IMG/VR virus record: IMGVR_UViG_3300025098_000052
Span: 1-56,035 of that record
Length of the DNA: 56,035 nucleotides
Source: a virus
Taxonomy: Duplodnaviria > Caudoviricetes
Direction: 5' to 3' (one strand)
Of the stretch, positions 26,372 through 35,290 are shown one piece after another. The notes under the pieces are model-generated. The model was not told the DNA's origin, did not search any database, and worked only from the letters and a program-made list of their open reading frames with translations. The position numbers and the translations under genes are program-made. Every line of letters begins with the position of its first letter. The stretch's first letter is position 1.

Positions 26372-28416
26372 GACTTGTAGTTGATGTAGAAAACACAATC
26401 ACCAAACGAGAGAAGAAGAACATCCTTGATCCGTTTGAACCTGGGCTTGAGCTTGTGCAAGTAGGTATGCAGAATGTAGACAACACTGACGAGACATACC
26501 TATTCACACTTAACCATAAAGAAGATCAAGATGTTGGTGGCTCAAGGGCTATGAACATTCAGCTTATACTGGATAACACAACGCTCTTGATCATGCACAA
26601 TGCACAACATGACTTGATGTGGCTGTGGGAATCAGGCTTCAAGTATGACGGTGACATCTATGACACGATGTTAGCTGAGTATTTGTTACAGCGTGGTCAG
26701 AAAGAACCTATAAGTTTAGAAGTTTGCGCTGAACGTAGGAATCTAAACTATCAGAAGCAAGACACTCTCAAGGAGTATTACAAGAAAGGATACAACACCA
26801 ATGAGATACCTTTACAAGAGCTTCTTTTTTATCTTAGGAGTGACCTCGACATTACTCGTGAGTTGTACTTTGCCTTGGAACAAGACTACGCACAGCCAGA
26901 AGCAGAGTCCTTACATAGAGTTAAAGACATTACCTTCCGCACCTGTAAAGCCCTCACCAGAATGTATATGTCAGGAATCCGTGTGGACAGAACCGCCCTT
27001 CAGCAGGTCCGACTAGAGTTTGAGAAAGAGAAAGCTGAGATAGAGGATAGGCTACAACGTAAGACTCGTAAGCTTATGGGTGACACACCTGTTAATCTCA
27101 ATAGCCCTGAGCAAGTATCTCAAGTTATCTTTAGCAGACGTGTGCACAACAAAAAAGAATGGGCTGACTTGTTTGACTACACTGAGACACAGCAAGAGTT
27201 TAGAGAAGCAATAGAAGCAAATAGTTCTATCGTTAGAAAAACTAAAGCTAGTACTTGTCCTGAATGTAATGGGCGTGGCTTAGTACACAAGCTGCGTAAG
27301 GATGGTACACTCTACAAGCTACCAACTAAATGTAAGCCATGTGACAGTAGAGGTTATCTACTAACTAAAACTAAAGAGGTGGCAGGTTTATGTTTCTCTG
27401 CACCAAGTAAGAAATGGATAAGTGCAAATGGTTTCAGTACTAGTAAGGGCAACCTTGAAAGTCTTATGGCTACCGCTACAAGCAACGGCATGGAGTCTGC
27501 TCTTGATTTTCTTACTGACCTTAAGCGCCTCTCTGCTATTAGCAGTTACCTTAGTAGCTTCGTGGATGGTATCGACATATATACCAAGCCAGACGGATTC
27601 TTACACGTTAACCTTACCCAAAGTGTTACCAGTACAGGTAGATTTTCTGGACGAAATCCCAACATGCAAAACATGCCAAGAGGAGGAACATTCCCAGTGA
27701 AGCGTGTATTCATATCACGATGGGAGGGTGGACAGATAATGGAATGTGACTTTGCTCAATTGGAGTTTCGAGTTGCTGCATTCCTCTCACAGGACAGCAC
27801 AGCCATGCAGGAGATAGATACAGGGTTTGATGTGCACTCCTACACGGCTAAGGTTATCAGTGATGCAGGGCAGCCTACAGCCAGGCAAGCAGCAAAGGAA
27901 CATACATTTGCCCCACTCTTCGGGGCTACAGGGTATGGTAGATCAAAGGCTGTAGCCGCCTACTACAAACACTTTAATGAGAAATACAAAGGTGTAGCTA
28001 AGTGGCATAAGAAGTTAGGTGATGAAGCCATGAGGTTTCTCAAGATAACTAACGTAAGCGGTAGACAGTATGCGTTTCCTGATGTTACTCGTAGGAGTAA
28101 TGGTAACGTATCACACTTCACTATGATTAAGAACTACCCTGTCCAAGGATTTGCTACAGGTGACATCGTGCCTGTTGTACTACTAGAGTTTGAGCGATTG
28201 CTTGAACCTTTACATTCATGCCTAGTCAATACGGTACACGATTCAATGGTGATAGATGTACACCCTGATGAAGTAAAAAAAGTTTTGACTATAGTGGATA
28301 CTATTAACTCTAATCTAAACTGTGTTATAAAAGACGCATACGATGTAGAAATGAATGTGCCTTTATTATTAGAAGCTAAAATAGGAAAGAATTGGCTTGA
28401 CACAGTTGATGTTTAG
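26368..28416 (+). CDS. polA: DNA polymerase family A with DnaJ-like Zn-finger insert
   Basis: Exonuclease DVE, HNAQHD, YDTM; CPECNGRG...CKPCDSRG; TGRFS, DFAQLEFR, motif B, VHDS. Confidence 0.95.
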   Translation: MRLVVDVENTITKREKKNILDPFEPGLELVQVGMQNVDNTDETYLFTLNHKEDQDVGGSRAMNIQLILDNTTLLIMHNAQHDLMWLWESGFKYDGDIYDTMLAEYLLQRGQKEPISLEVCAERRNLNYQKQDTLKEYYKKGYNTNEIPLQELLFYLRSDLDITRELYFALEQDYAQPEAESLHRVKDITFRTCKALTRMYMSGIRVDRTALQQVRLEFEKEKAEIEDRLQRKTRKLMGDTPVNLNSPEQVSQVIFSRRVHNKKEWADLFDYTETQQEFREAIEANSSIVRKTKASTCPECNGRGLVHKLRKDGTLYKLPTKCKPCDSRGYLLTKTKEVAGLCFSAPSKKWISANGFSTSKGNLESLMATATSNGMESALDFLTDLKRLSAISSYLSSFVDGIDIYTKPDGFLHVNLTQSVTSTGRFSGRNPNMQNMPRGGTFPVKRVFISRWEGGQIMECDFAQLEFRVAAFLSQDSTAMQEIDTGFDVHSYTAKVISDAGQPTARQAAKEHTFAPLFGATGYGRSKAVAAYYKHFNEKYKGVAKWHKKLGDEAMRFLKITNVSGRQYAFPDVTRRSNGNVSHFTMIKNYPVQGFATGDIVPVVLLEFERLLEPLHSCLVNTVHDSMVIDVHPDEVKKVLTIVDTINSNLNCVIKDAYDVEMNVPLLLEAKIGKNWLDTVDV

Positions 28417-28426
28417 GGTATAACTA
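28397..28426 (+). promoter_or_regulatory. Rightward promoter after polA
   Basis: TTGACA-N16-TATAACTA. Confidence 0.65.
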
Positions 28427-28460
28427 ACCATCTTTAACTTTAAAAGGAAGTAAGTAAAAC

Positions 28461-29330
28461 ATGAATACAGAACTAGCTATACAAAACGATTTAGGTATGT
28501 CTCTTGCAGAGGCAGTAGGTGTAACTCCTCAAAGTGGTGGCGAAAGAAAGACTGCTGCTTTACCTAGAGTAAACCTCATGCACACTGGTATCATGGGTGA
28601 GATTGACGTTAACGGAAAGTCTATCAAGACTGAAGTTGTACCATCAGGATCATACAAGATTACAAGAGGTGAGGGAGATGTTGTCTACGCAACTAGTCCT
28701 ACTGTACGTATCTTTGCAATCCGACAGCAGTGGTCTAAGTGGGATGCCAAAGAAGAGATGATGATGAAAACAGTCATGTCTAGCGATCTAAAGGGTGACC
28801 TTAAAGATAACGTTGGTACATTTAATCTAGGTAGACCATCAGGCTACATTGAAGATTGGGATAGCGTACCTGAAAAGACTAAGGATTTGATTCGCAGTAT
28901 CAAGCGCAAGAAGATTCTCTTTGGTGAGTTATCCGCAACAGGTGTCACTGATGAAGCAGGTAATGTAGTGGATGCAATCACTAATATACCTTTCTCTTTT
29001 GAAGTACCACCTTCAAGCATTAAGTCTTTAGACTCTGCAGTAAATGCATTGGGCCGTAAGAACATACTACCTATACAGTGTACACTTAAGCTTGGTGCTA
29101 ATTTAGTTAACTCAAATACAGGTAATAGTTTTGCCGTTATGACTTTAGATACAGGTGATAAGGTAGAGTTAAAACCTGATGATCAGGAAACCTTGCACAA
29201 CTTCTTAGCTTACATAACTACTCAAAACGAATACATCTTAAATGAGTGGGCTGATAAGAACAAGGACACTATCTCTGATGATGATGCTGCAATAGTGGCA
29301 GAGTTTGTTAACGTAGAAGAGGCAGACTAA
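28461..29330 (+). CDS. Putative ssDNA-binding protein
   Basis: Position after polA, beta-rich, acidic tail. Confidence 0.45.
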   Translation: MNTELAIQNDLGMSLAEAVGVTPQSGGERKTAALPRVNLMHTGIMGEIDVNGKSIKTEVVPSGSYKITRGEGDVVYATSPTVRIFAIRQQWSKWDAKEEMMMKTVMSSDLKGDLKDNVGTFNLGRPSGYIEDWDSVPEKTKDLIRSIKRKKILFGELSATGVTDEAGNVVDAITNIPFSFEVPPSSIKSLDSAVNALGRKNILPIQCTLKLGANLVNSNTGNSFAVMTLDTGDKVELKPDDQETLHNFLAYITTQNEYILNEWADKNKDTISDDDAAIVAEFVNVEEAD

Positions 29331-30199
29331 TGAATCACCCTGCTGAACTAGCTGTCTTTGAATACCTTGGCAAAGCTGTTAATGGTGAGACAAGTATGGC
29401 TGAAGACATTCGTAAGCAAGTTGCTTCTGATGTTGAGGCTGCATTAGAGAAGCAGTTCAGCAGTGGGCCTCGTGACAAGTTTAGACTAAGGATGTCCAAC
29501 ATTGGGCGTCCTACTTGTCAGCTATGGTTTGAGAAGAATGACCCTGAAGATAAGACACCACTACCACCACACTTCTTGATTAACATGATCATAGGAGACA
29601 TTGTGGAAGCAGTGTTCAAGGGGCTTCTTCGTGCTGCTGAAGTAGACTTCAAAGATAATGATAGCGTAACTTTAAAACTAGGAGATGGTACTGAAATAAA
29701 AGGTGAGTACGACATGGTACTTGATGGTAGGGTAGATGACGTTAAGTCAGCTTCTCCCTGGTCATACAAGAACAAGTTTGTAAACCTCGAAAGTCTAGCT
29801 AAGAGTGATAGCTTCGGGTATATATCTCAGCTTGTTGGATACGCTAAGGCTGCTGAGTTAGACGTTGGTGGTTGGTGGGTAGTCAACAAGGCTAACGGTG
29901 AGTTCAAATATGTGGATGCAAGCTCCGTAGACGAGCCTACAGTTATGCAAGAGATTGAAGAGACAGTAGAGTACATCAATGAGGATAAACCTTTTGAGCG
30001 TTGCTTTGAGGCGATCCCTGAGACACACTTCCGTAAGCTTACTGGTAATCTAAAGCTTGGACCTGAGTGTGGATTCTGTTCATTCAAACATAAGTGTTGG
30101 CCTAATCTACAAACTCGTACTGCTGTAATGTCTAAAGCAAAGACACCACCAATGGTAGACTACGTACTGTTGAGTCCTGAGTATGCGGAAGCACATTAA
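29330..30199 (+). CDS. PD-(D/E)XK exonuclease (Cas4/AddB-like Cys cluster)
   Basis: RMSNIG...C; D....DDVKS; QL.GY; CGFCSFKHKC. Confidence 0.8.
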   Translation: MNHPAELAVFEYLGKAVNGETSMAEDIRKQVASDVEAALEKQFSSGPRDKFRLRMSNIGRPTCQLWFEKNDPEDKTPLPPHFLINMIIGDIVEAVFKGLLRAAEVDFKDNDSVTLKLGDGTEIKGEYDMVLDGRVDDVKSASPWSYKNKFVNLESLAKSDSFGYISQLVGYAKAAELDVGGWWVVNKANGEFKYVDASSVDEPTVMQEIEETVEYINEDKPFERCFEAIPETHFRKLTGNLKLGPECGFCSFKHKCWPNLQTRTAVMSKAKTPPMVDYVLLSPEYAEAH

Positions 30200-30614
30200 A
30201 GGTAGGTATCGCAGTGGCCTGGAGAAAGAGGTTGCTGCGTACTTACGTAAGACACAAAAGAAAGTCAGATACGAAGTACTGAAAGTAGAGTGGGAGGATT
30301 TACGTTACCGCACCTACACACCAGACTTCGTGTTAGACAACGGTATTATCATTGAGACAAAAGGTATATTTGATAGTGAGGATAGACGTAAGCATCGTGA
30401 GATACAGAGACAGCATCCTGAGTTAGACATACGGTTTGTCTTTAGTAATGCAAAAGCTAAGTTGTACAAGGGTGCAAAGTCTAGATACTTTAACTGGTGT
30501 GATCAACATAAGTTTCAGTGGGCTAATCGTGTGATACCTGAAGATTGGTTAAAAGAAAAAGGTAAAGAGATTACATTTAAGAAGATAGAATTAAAAACAA
30601 AAAGGAAATGCTGA
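30183..30614 (+). CDS. Endonuclease I (T7 gp3-like resolvase)
   Basis: YRSGLE, YTPDF, IIETKG, DIRFVF. Confidence 0.9.
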   Translation: MRKHIKGRYRSGLEKEVAAYLRKTQKKVRYEVLKVEWEDLRYRTYTPDFVLDNGIIIETKGIFDSEDRRKHREIQRQHPELDIRFVFSNAKAKLYKGAKSRYFNWCDQHKFQWANRVIPEDWLKEKGKEITFKKIELKTKRKC

Positions 30615-30949
30615 TGGGTCATAGTTTAGATAATGATGAGATAGCAATAGTTATAAGTCCAGTAGAATACACAGATGATGGTAAATGGGATGGTGATACA
30701 AATGTGTCAATAGCAATATCACCTGAACACAACTTACCTGAACCTATTATTAATGGGATAGTAGATGTAGCAACTATGATGTCAGCATTCTTAGATATAG
30801 CAAATGAACACCCTGACATATATGAACTAGTAAGGGATCATAGAAATTATTTAATGACTTTGGAAGATGAAGAAGACAAACCTGTTGTAACTAAAGACGG
30901 TAACGTGTATACACTTAACAAGTGGTCAAAAACAAAAGGGAGTGCATGA
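30608..30949 (+). CDS. Hypothetical protein
   Basis: Coupled ORF ending in TKGSA. Confidence 0.7.
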   Translation: MLMGHSLDNDEIAIVISPVEYTDDGKWDGDTNVSIAISPEHNLPEPIINGIVDVATMMSAFLDIANEHPDIYELVRDHRNYLMTLEDEEDKPVVTKDGNVYTLNKWSKTKGSA

Positions 30950-31216
30950 ATGGAACCTACAATAACATTAACTGGTGATACAACTTTTAATCACGATCAA
31001 GTAAACAATCCAGTACACTACAATCATAGCGGTATAGAATGCATTGAAGCTATAGAAGCAATGACAGAAAACATGGCAGGATCTACAGCGCCACACGCTG
31101 CTAACGTACTTAAGTATTTGTGGAGACATGAATACAAGAATGGCCTAGAAGATATTAACAAAGCTATTTGGTATCTCAATAGGTTAAAGGATCGTTACAA
31201 GGAGCTACATAAATGA
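30950..31216 (+). CDS. DUF3310 protein (T7 gp1.7-like nucleotide kinase family)
   Basis: VNNPVHY...IECIEAI...NVLKYLWR..YKNGLEDI.KA.WYL. Confidence 0.85.
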   Translation: MEPTITLTGDTTFNHDQVNNPVHYNHSGIECIEAIEAMTENMAGSTAPHAANVLKYLWRHEYKNGLEDINKAIWYLNRLKDRYKELHK

Positions 31217-31569
31217 TAACAGCAGAAGATATAAATGCATGGAAAGACATGTATGAAATGACATTCGGTGACTATCAGATAGAAGCAAGAAAGACTGCTA
31301 TCTATCCTGAAGAACACAAGATAGTTTACCCTGCGTTAGGACTCGCAGGTGAAGCAGGTGAAGTAGCCAACAAAGTAAAGAAGATGTTAAGGGATGGGAA
31401 GTTTGACAGAGAAGATGTAGCTGCAGAAATAGGTGACTGCCTGTGGTACATATCAGCTTTGTGCCGTGACTTAAACTTCGACATGGGATACATAGCTAGA
31501 TGTAATTTAGATAAGCTTCACAGTCGTATGGAGAGAGGAACCATTAAAGGCAGTGGCGATAAGAGATGA
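31213..31569 (+). CDS. mazG: MazG-like NTP pyrophosphohydrolase
   Basis: LGLAGEAGEVANKVKK...EIGDCLWY...N..KL..R...GSGD.R. Confidence 0.88.
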   Translation: MITAEDINAWKDMYEMTFGDYQIEARKTAIYPEEHKIVYPALGLAGEAGEVANKVKKMLRDGKFDREDVAAEIGDCLWYISALCRDLNFDMGYIARCNLDKLHSRMERGTIKGSGDKR

Positions 31570-31730
31570 AGTTCAACATTAAACTAACAATTGAGATAGA
31601 CGAGGAAGAACGAATACTACCTATAGTAGCAGACATGCACGAGGAGGCAGTTACTGAGTTATTCCAAGATATTATTTATGATATTGATGGTGCAGTAATT
31701 AGAAAGATAGAGGTTAAAAAATATGAATAA
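31566..31730 (+). CDS. Small acidic hypothetical protein; not in the ORF track
   Basis: ATGA overlap; 54 aa filling the gap to the RNR gene. Confidence 0.6.
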   Translation: MKFNIKLTIEIDEEERILPIVADMHEEAVTELFQDIIYDIDGAVIRKIEVKKYE

Positions 31731-33621
31731 CTACTTACCAACAGACTACCAAAGTTTTATACACAAGTCACGTTACGCTAAGTACATTGATGGCAAAGGC
31801 AGAGAGTCTTGGTCTGAGACAGTTGATCGCTACATAGAAAACGTTGTAGGAAATAAAGTAGATACAGATACTAAAGATGAAATAATGTTTGCTATACTTA
31901 ACCTGGAGATCATGCCTAGCATGAGAGCTATGATGACATCTGGTATAGCTTTAGATAGAGATAACACAGCAGGTTATAACTGTAGTTACTTACCTATAGA
32001 TGACCCAAAGTCCTTCGATGAGGCTATGTTCATCCTTCTCTGTGGTACTGGTGTCGGCTTCAGTGTCGAGAGACAGTTCATTAGCAAGCTTCCCGAAGTG
32101 CCTGAATTGTTCGAGAGTGATACTACCGTTGTGGTAAAGGACAGCAAGGAGGGGTGGGCTAAGGCGTTTAGACAAGTGTTAGCTCTCTTGTGGGCAGGTG
32201 AGATTCCTCAGTGGGATGTTAGCAGAATACGCCCTGCAGGTGCAAGACTAAAAACATTTGGTGGTAGAGCTAGTGGCCCTGCACCTTTAGTTGAGTTGTT
32301 TAACTTTACAGTTAAGACATTCAAGGATGCCCAAGGACGTAGGCTATCTAGCTTAGAGTGCCATGACCTAATGTGTTTCATTGGTCAGATAGTTGTAGTT
32401 GGTGGTGTTAGACGTAGTGCTATGATTAGTTTGTCTAATCTCAGTGATGATCGTATGCGTCACGCTAAGTCAGGGCAGTGGTGGAACGAAGCTGCACACA
32501 GAGCATTAGCTAATAACTCAGTATGTTACTCAGAGAAGCCAGACTCAGAAACGTTCATGCGTGAATGGTTGTCATTAGTAGAAAGTAAATCAGGAGAACG
32601 TGGTGTATTCAATCGTCAGGCAAGTAAAAACCAAGCTGCTAAGTATGGTAGACGTGATCCTAACTTTGAGTTCGGAACTAATCCTTGTAGTGAGATTATC
32701 TTACGCCCATACCAGTTCTGCAATCTTACGGAAGTTGTGGTACGAGCCACGGACACGGTGGAAGACTTGGCTAGAAAAGTCAGACTCGCCACAATACTTG
32801 GGACAATCCAAAGCACGTACACAAAGTTTCCATACTTGCGTAAGGTGTGGACAACGAACACGGAAGAAGAACGATTGTTGGGGGTGTCGTTAAGCGGTAT
32901 CCAAGACAATCCCCTTATGACATCAGCAAACAAAGGATTGGAGAAGACTCTTGAACATCTACGAGAAACTGCTGTGCATACTAATATTACTTGGGCTGAC
33001 CGCCTTGGCATTCCACAATCATCATCAATTTCAACAGTCAAACCTAGTGGGACTGTATCCCAGTTAGTAGACTGTGCAAGTGGTATACATGCTCGTCATA
33101 ATGACTACTATATCAGGACAGTACGTGGTGATAACAAAGACCCACTAACACAGATGATGCAAGATCAAGGTATACCTAGTGAGCCGTGTGTTATGAAGCC
33201 AGAGACAACTACAGTATTTAGCTTCCCACAGAAGTCACCCAATAAAGCTGTAACTCGAAACGACATGACAGCCATTGAACAACTGGAGACATGGTTAACT
33301 TACCAACGACATTGGTGCGAGCATAAACCAAGTATAACCTGCACTGTGAAGCCTGATGAGTGGATGGAAGTAGGTGCATTTGTTTATAAACACTTTGATG
33401 AAATGAGTGGTGTGTCTTTTCTGCCACACTCTGATCATACTTATCAGCAAGCACCCTATCAGGATTGCACTAAAGAAGAGTATGAAGAATTACTAGCTAA
33501 GATGCCAAAAAGTATTGACTGGTCTAAGCTTAGTGAGTATGAACAAGAAGATAACACAGTTGGTATGCAAACTATGGCTTGTACTGGTGACGTGTGTGAA
33601 GTAGTAGATATAGGAGCATAA
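31723..33621 (+). CDS. nrdJ: Class II (adenosylcobalamin-dependent, monomeric RTPR-type) ribonucleotide reductase
   Basis: NCS, GTGVGFS, GGVRRSA, TNPCSEI, CNLTE, KPSGT, C-terminal CTGDVC; no beta subunit gene. Confidence 0.9.
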   Translation: MNNYLPTDYQSFIHKSRYAKYIDGKGRESWSETVDRYIENVVGNKVDTDTKDEIMFAILNLEIMPSMRAMMTSGIALDRDNTAGYNCSYLPIDDPKSFDEAMFILLCGTGVGFSVERQFISKLPEVPELFESDTTVVVKDSKEGWAKAFRQVLALLWAGEIPQWDVSRIRPAGARLKTFGGRASGPAPLVELFNFTVKTFKDAQGRRLSSLECHDLMCFIGQIVVVGGVRRSAMISLSNLSDDRMRHAKSGQWWNEAAHRALANNSVCYSEKPDSETFMREWLSLVESKSGERGVFNRQASKNQAAKYGRRDPNFEFGTNPCSEIILRPYQFCNLTEVVVRATDTVEDLARKVRLATILGTIQSTYTKFPYLRKVWTTNTEEERLLGVSLSGIQDNPLMTSANKGLEKTLEHLRETAVHTNITWADRLGIPQSSSISTVKPSGTVSQLVDCASGIHARHNDYYIRTVRGDNKDPLTQMMQDQGIPSEPCVMKPETTTVFSFPQKSPNKAVTRNDMTAIEQLETWLTYQRHWCEHKPSITCTVKPDEWMEVGAFVYKHFDEMSGVSFLPHSDHTYQQAPYQDCTKEEYEELLAKMPKSIDWSKLSEYEQEDNTVGMQTMACTGDVCEVVDIGA

Positions 33622-33633
33622 AGGATAAACATA

Positions 33634-34107
33634 ATGTTAGAACCAATTAAAGGATCATACTATAGAAAGTTTGAACCTCAGTCTTATAAAGAAAATGATA
33701 GTAAGGCTAAGGTAGTAATAACAAAGTACCTAGAACGTAATGGACACACCATTCTTGACACAGAGGAGGACTACTCTTTTGATATAAAGAGTGAAAAGAA
33801 TGGTGATAAATATTATAGTGAGGTAGAAATGAAAAACCAATGGAAAGGTAATTGGAATCCTAGTTGGACAGAGATACGTATCCCATATCGAAAGTATAAA
33901 CTTATTAATAAGTACAAACAAATGCAGGGCGTTAAGACTTTTTGCAACTTTTATATTATACGTAATGACTGTGGTAAAGCTTGGAAAATAAAAGATTTTC
34001 AACTTACTAAAGAATGTTCAAAAGAAGTATGGTTAAATAATGCTAGACGTTATGAATACTTTTTTCATATACCATACCAAGAAGCAGAATTAGTAGACAT
34101 AGTTTAA
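33634..34107 (+). CDS. PD-(D/E)XK-type nuclease-like protein
   Basis: FDI...EVEMK motif; AT-rich. Confidence 0.55.
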   Translation: MLEPIKGSYYRKFEPQSYKENDSKAKVVITKYLERNGHTILDTEEDYSFDIKSEKNGDKYYSEVEMKNQWKGNWNPSWTEIRIPYRKYKLINKYKQMQGVKTFCNFYIIRNDCGKAWKIKDFQLTKECSKEVWLNNARRYEYFFHIPYQEAELVDIV

Positions 34108-34148
34108 ATACTGTGATACAATTACAACAACAATAAAAGGAGTTAATC

Positions 34149-34525
34149 ATGTTGTTATTTAATATCTTAGTACCTATCGTTTTTCTTTTAACGGCCTATG
34201 GTTCTTACAATGATGTAGTCAAACCTGCAGCTAAGGCATCCTGGGAAACAGGTGTAGAGGTTTACGAAAAAGGTGCAGACATTATTAAAGATGTAACTAC
34301 TGATGATGTAGTCGTTACAGAAGAGTCAGAATAATGTATGTCTTAGTACTCATACTTTCTATTGGTAGTGGCTATGCCCAAGTACAAGCTGTCAATACAG
34401 TCTACCCTACTATTGAAGATTGTAAACGAAGTGCGGTAACTATTCGCAATGAACTTATGAGTACTAAGCCATCACCTAACTCTAATGTGTTTGCATACTG
34501 TACAGAAATACCACAGGAGGTTTAA
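34149..34525 (+). CDS. Two small exported/membrane proteins (34149-34334, 34334-34525)
   Basis: Hydrophobic N-termini; the second has a C...C pair. Confidence 0.6.
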
Positions 34526-34528
34526 AAT

Positions 34529-35086
34529 TTGATACGCCATTGTTGTGGTTGCAGCATAGAACTAAATGAGACTAACTGGACTGAGGGTGTACGGAAGCGA
34601 GGTGTTCCCCTTTGTAAGTTTTGCAATAGGTCACGAGCACTTAAAGCCTGTAAAAAAAGTAATCCTGATAGAATGTATGTAAATAGTAAATACATTTCAA
34701 AGAATCATCCTTTACATAAACCAGGACGTTATAAAACTTTTAATGATGCAGCTTTTGATGGCACGTATAAGTTAGATAATATCAAAGAAGGTTATGTTTA
34801 TGTTATAACTAACCCTGCATGGATTGGGTGGGTAAAGATAGGCATGGCTATTGATGCTGATGATAGATGTAATAGCTATCAAACTAGTAGCCCACATCGT
34901 GACTATGAATTAAAGTATGACATTGAGACAGACGATAGACGAGCACTAGAGCAAGCTGCACATAAAGAAGCCATAAAGGTAGCTAGTGAGTATAAAGGTG
35001 AGTGGTTTAAACTTGATGTTGAAACAGCCATAGAAATACTTAACAACTTAAAGGAACAAGATGAGCCTAGAAAAAGAAGCGCATGA
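34529..35086 (+). CDS. T5orf172/MUG113 (GIY-YIG-like) domain protein with N-terminal Zn finger
   Basis: CxxC...CxxC; GYVYVI.N......KIG.A....R...YQTSSP...E...H...GEWF. Confidence 0.75.
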   Translation: MIRHCCGCSIELNETNWTEGVRKRGVPLCKFCNRSRALKACKKSNPDRMYVNSKYISKNHPLHKPGRYKTFNDAAFDGTYKLDNIKEGYVYVITNPAWIGWVKIGMAIDADDRCNSYQTSSPHRDYELKYDIETDDRRALEQAAHKEAIKVASEYKGEWFKLDVETAIEILNNLKEQDEPRKRSA

Positions 35087-35267
35087 CTTTATATCTAGGA
35101 GACACGATCATTTCAGAGAGGGTGTGCAAAAACGTAGTGAAGCACTGGAAAAGTTTATTTCAGATAACTTATATCACAGTACAGAAACGCATGAAGCATT
35201 AAAGAATTTAATTGCAGTACAAATGTGGGCAGAACGTGCATCAAAAATGTATGGTATAAAAAAGTAA
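35061..35267 (+). CDS. Hypothetical protein, last rightward gene
   Basis: AAGGA RBS. Confidence 0.65.
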   Translation: MSLEKEAHDFISRRHDHFREGVQKRSEALEKFISDNLYHSTETHEALKNLIAVQMWAERASKMYGIKK

Positions 35268-35290
35268 GGGCGCTAAATGCGCCCCTATTT
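35268..35290. terminator. Bidirectional intrinsic terminator at the convergence of the two arms
   Basis: GGGCGC-TAAAT-GCGCCC flanked by A and T runs. Confidence 0.75.

Noticed and set aside
29330-30199. Cas4/CRISPR system
   Set aside because: A stand-alone phage exonuclease in the replication module; no repeat-spacer array seen in the window
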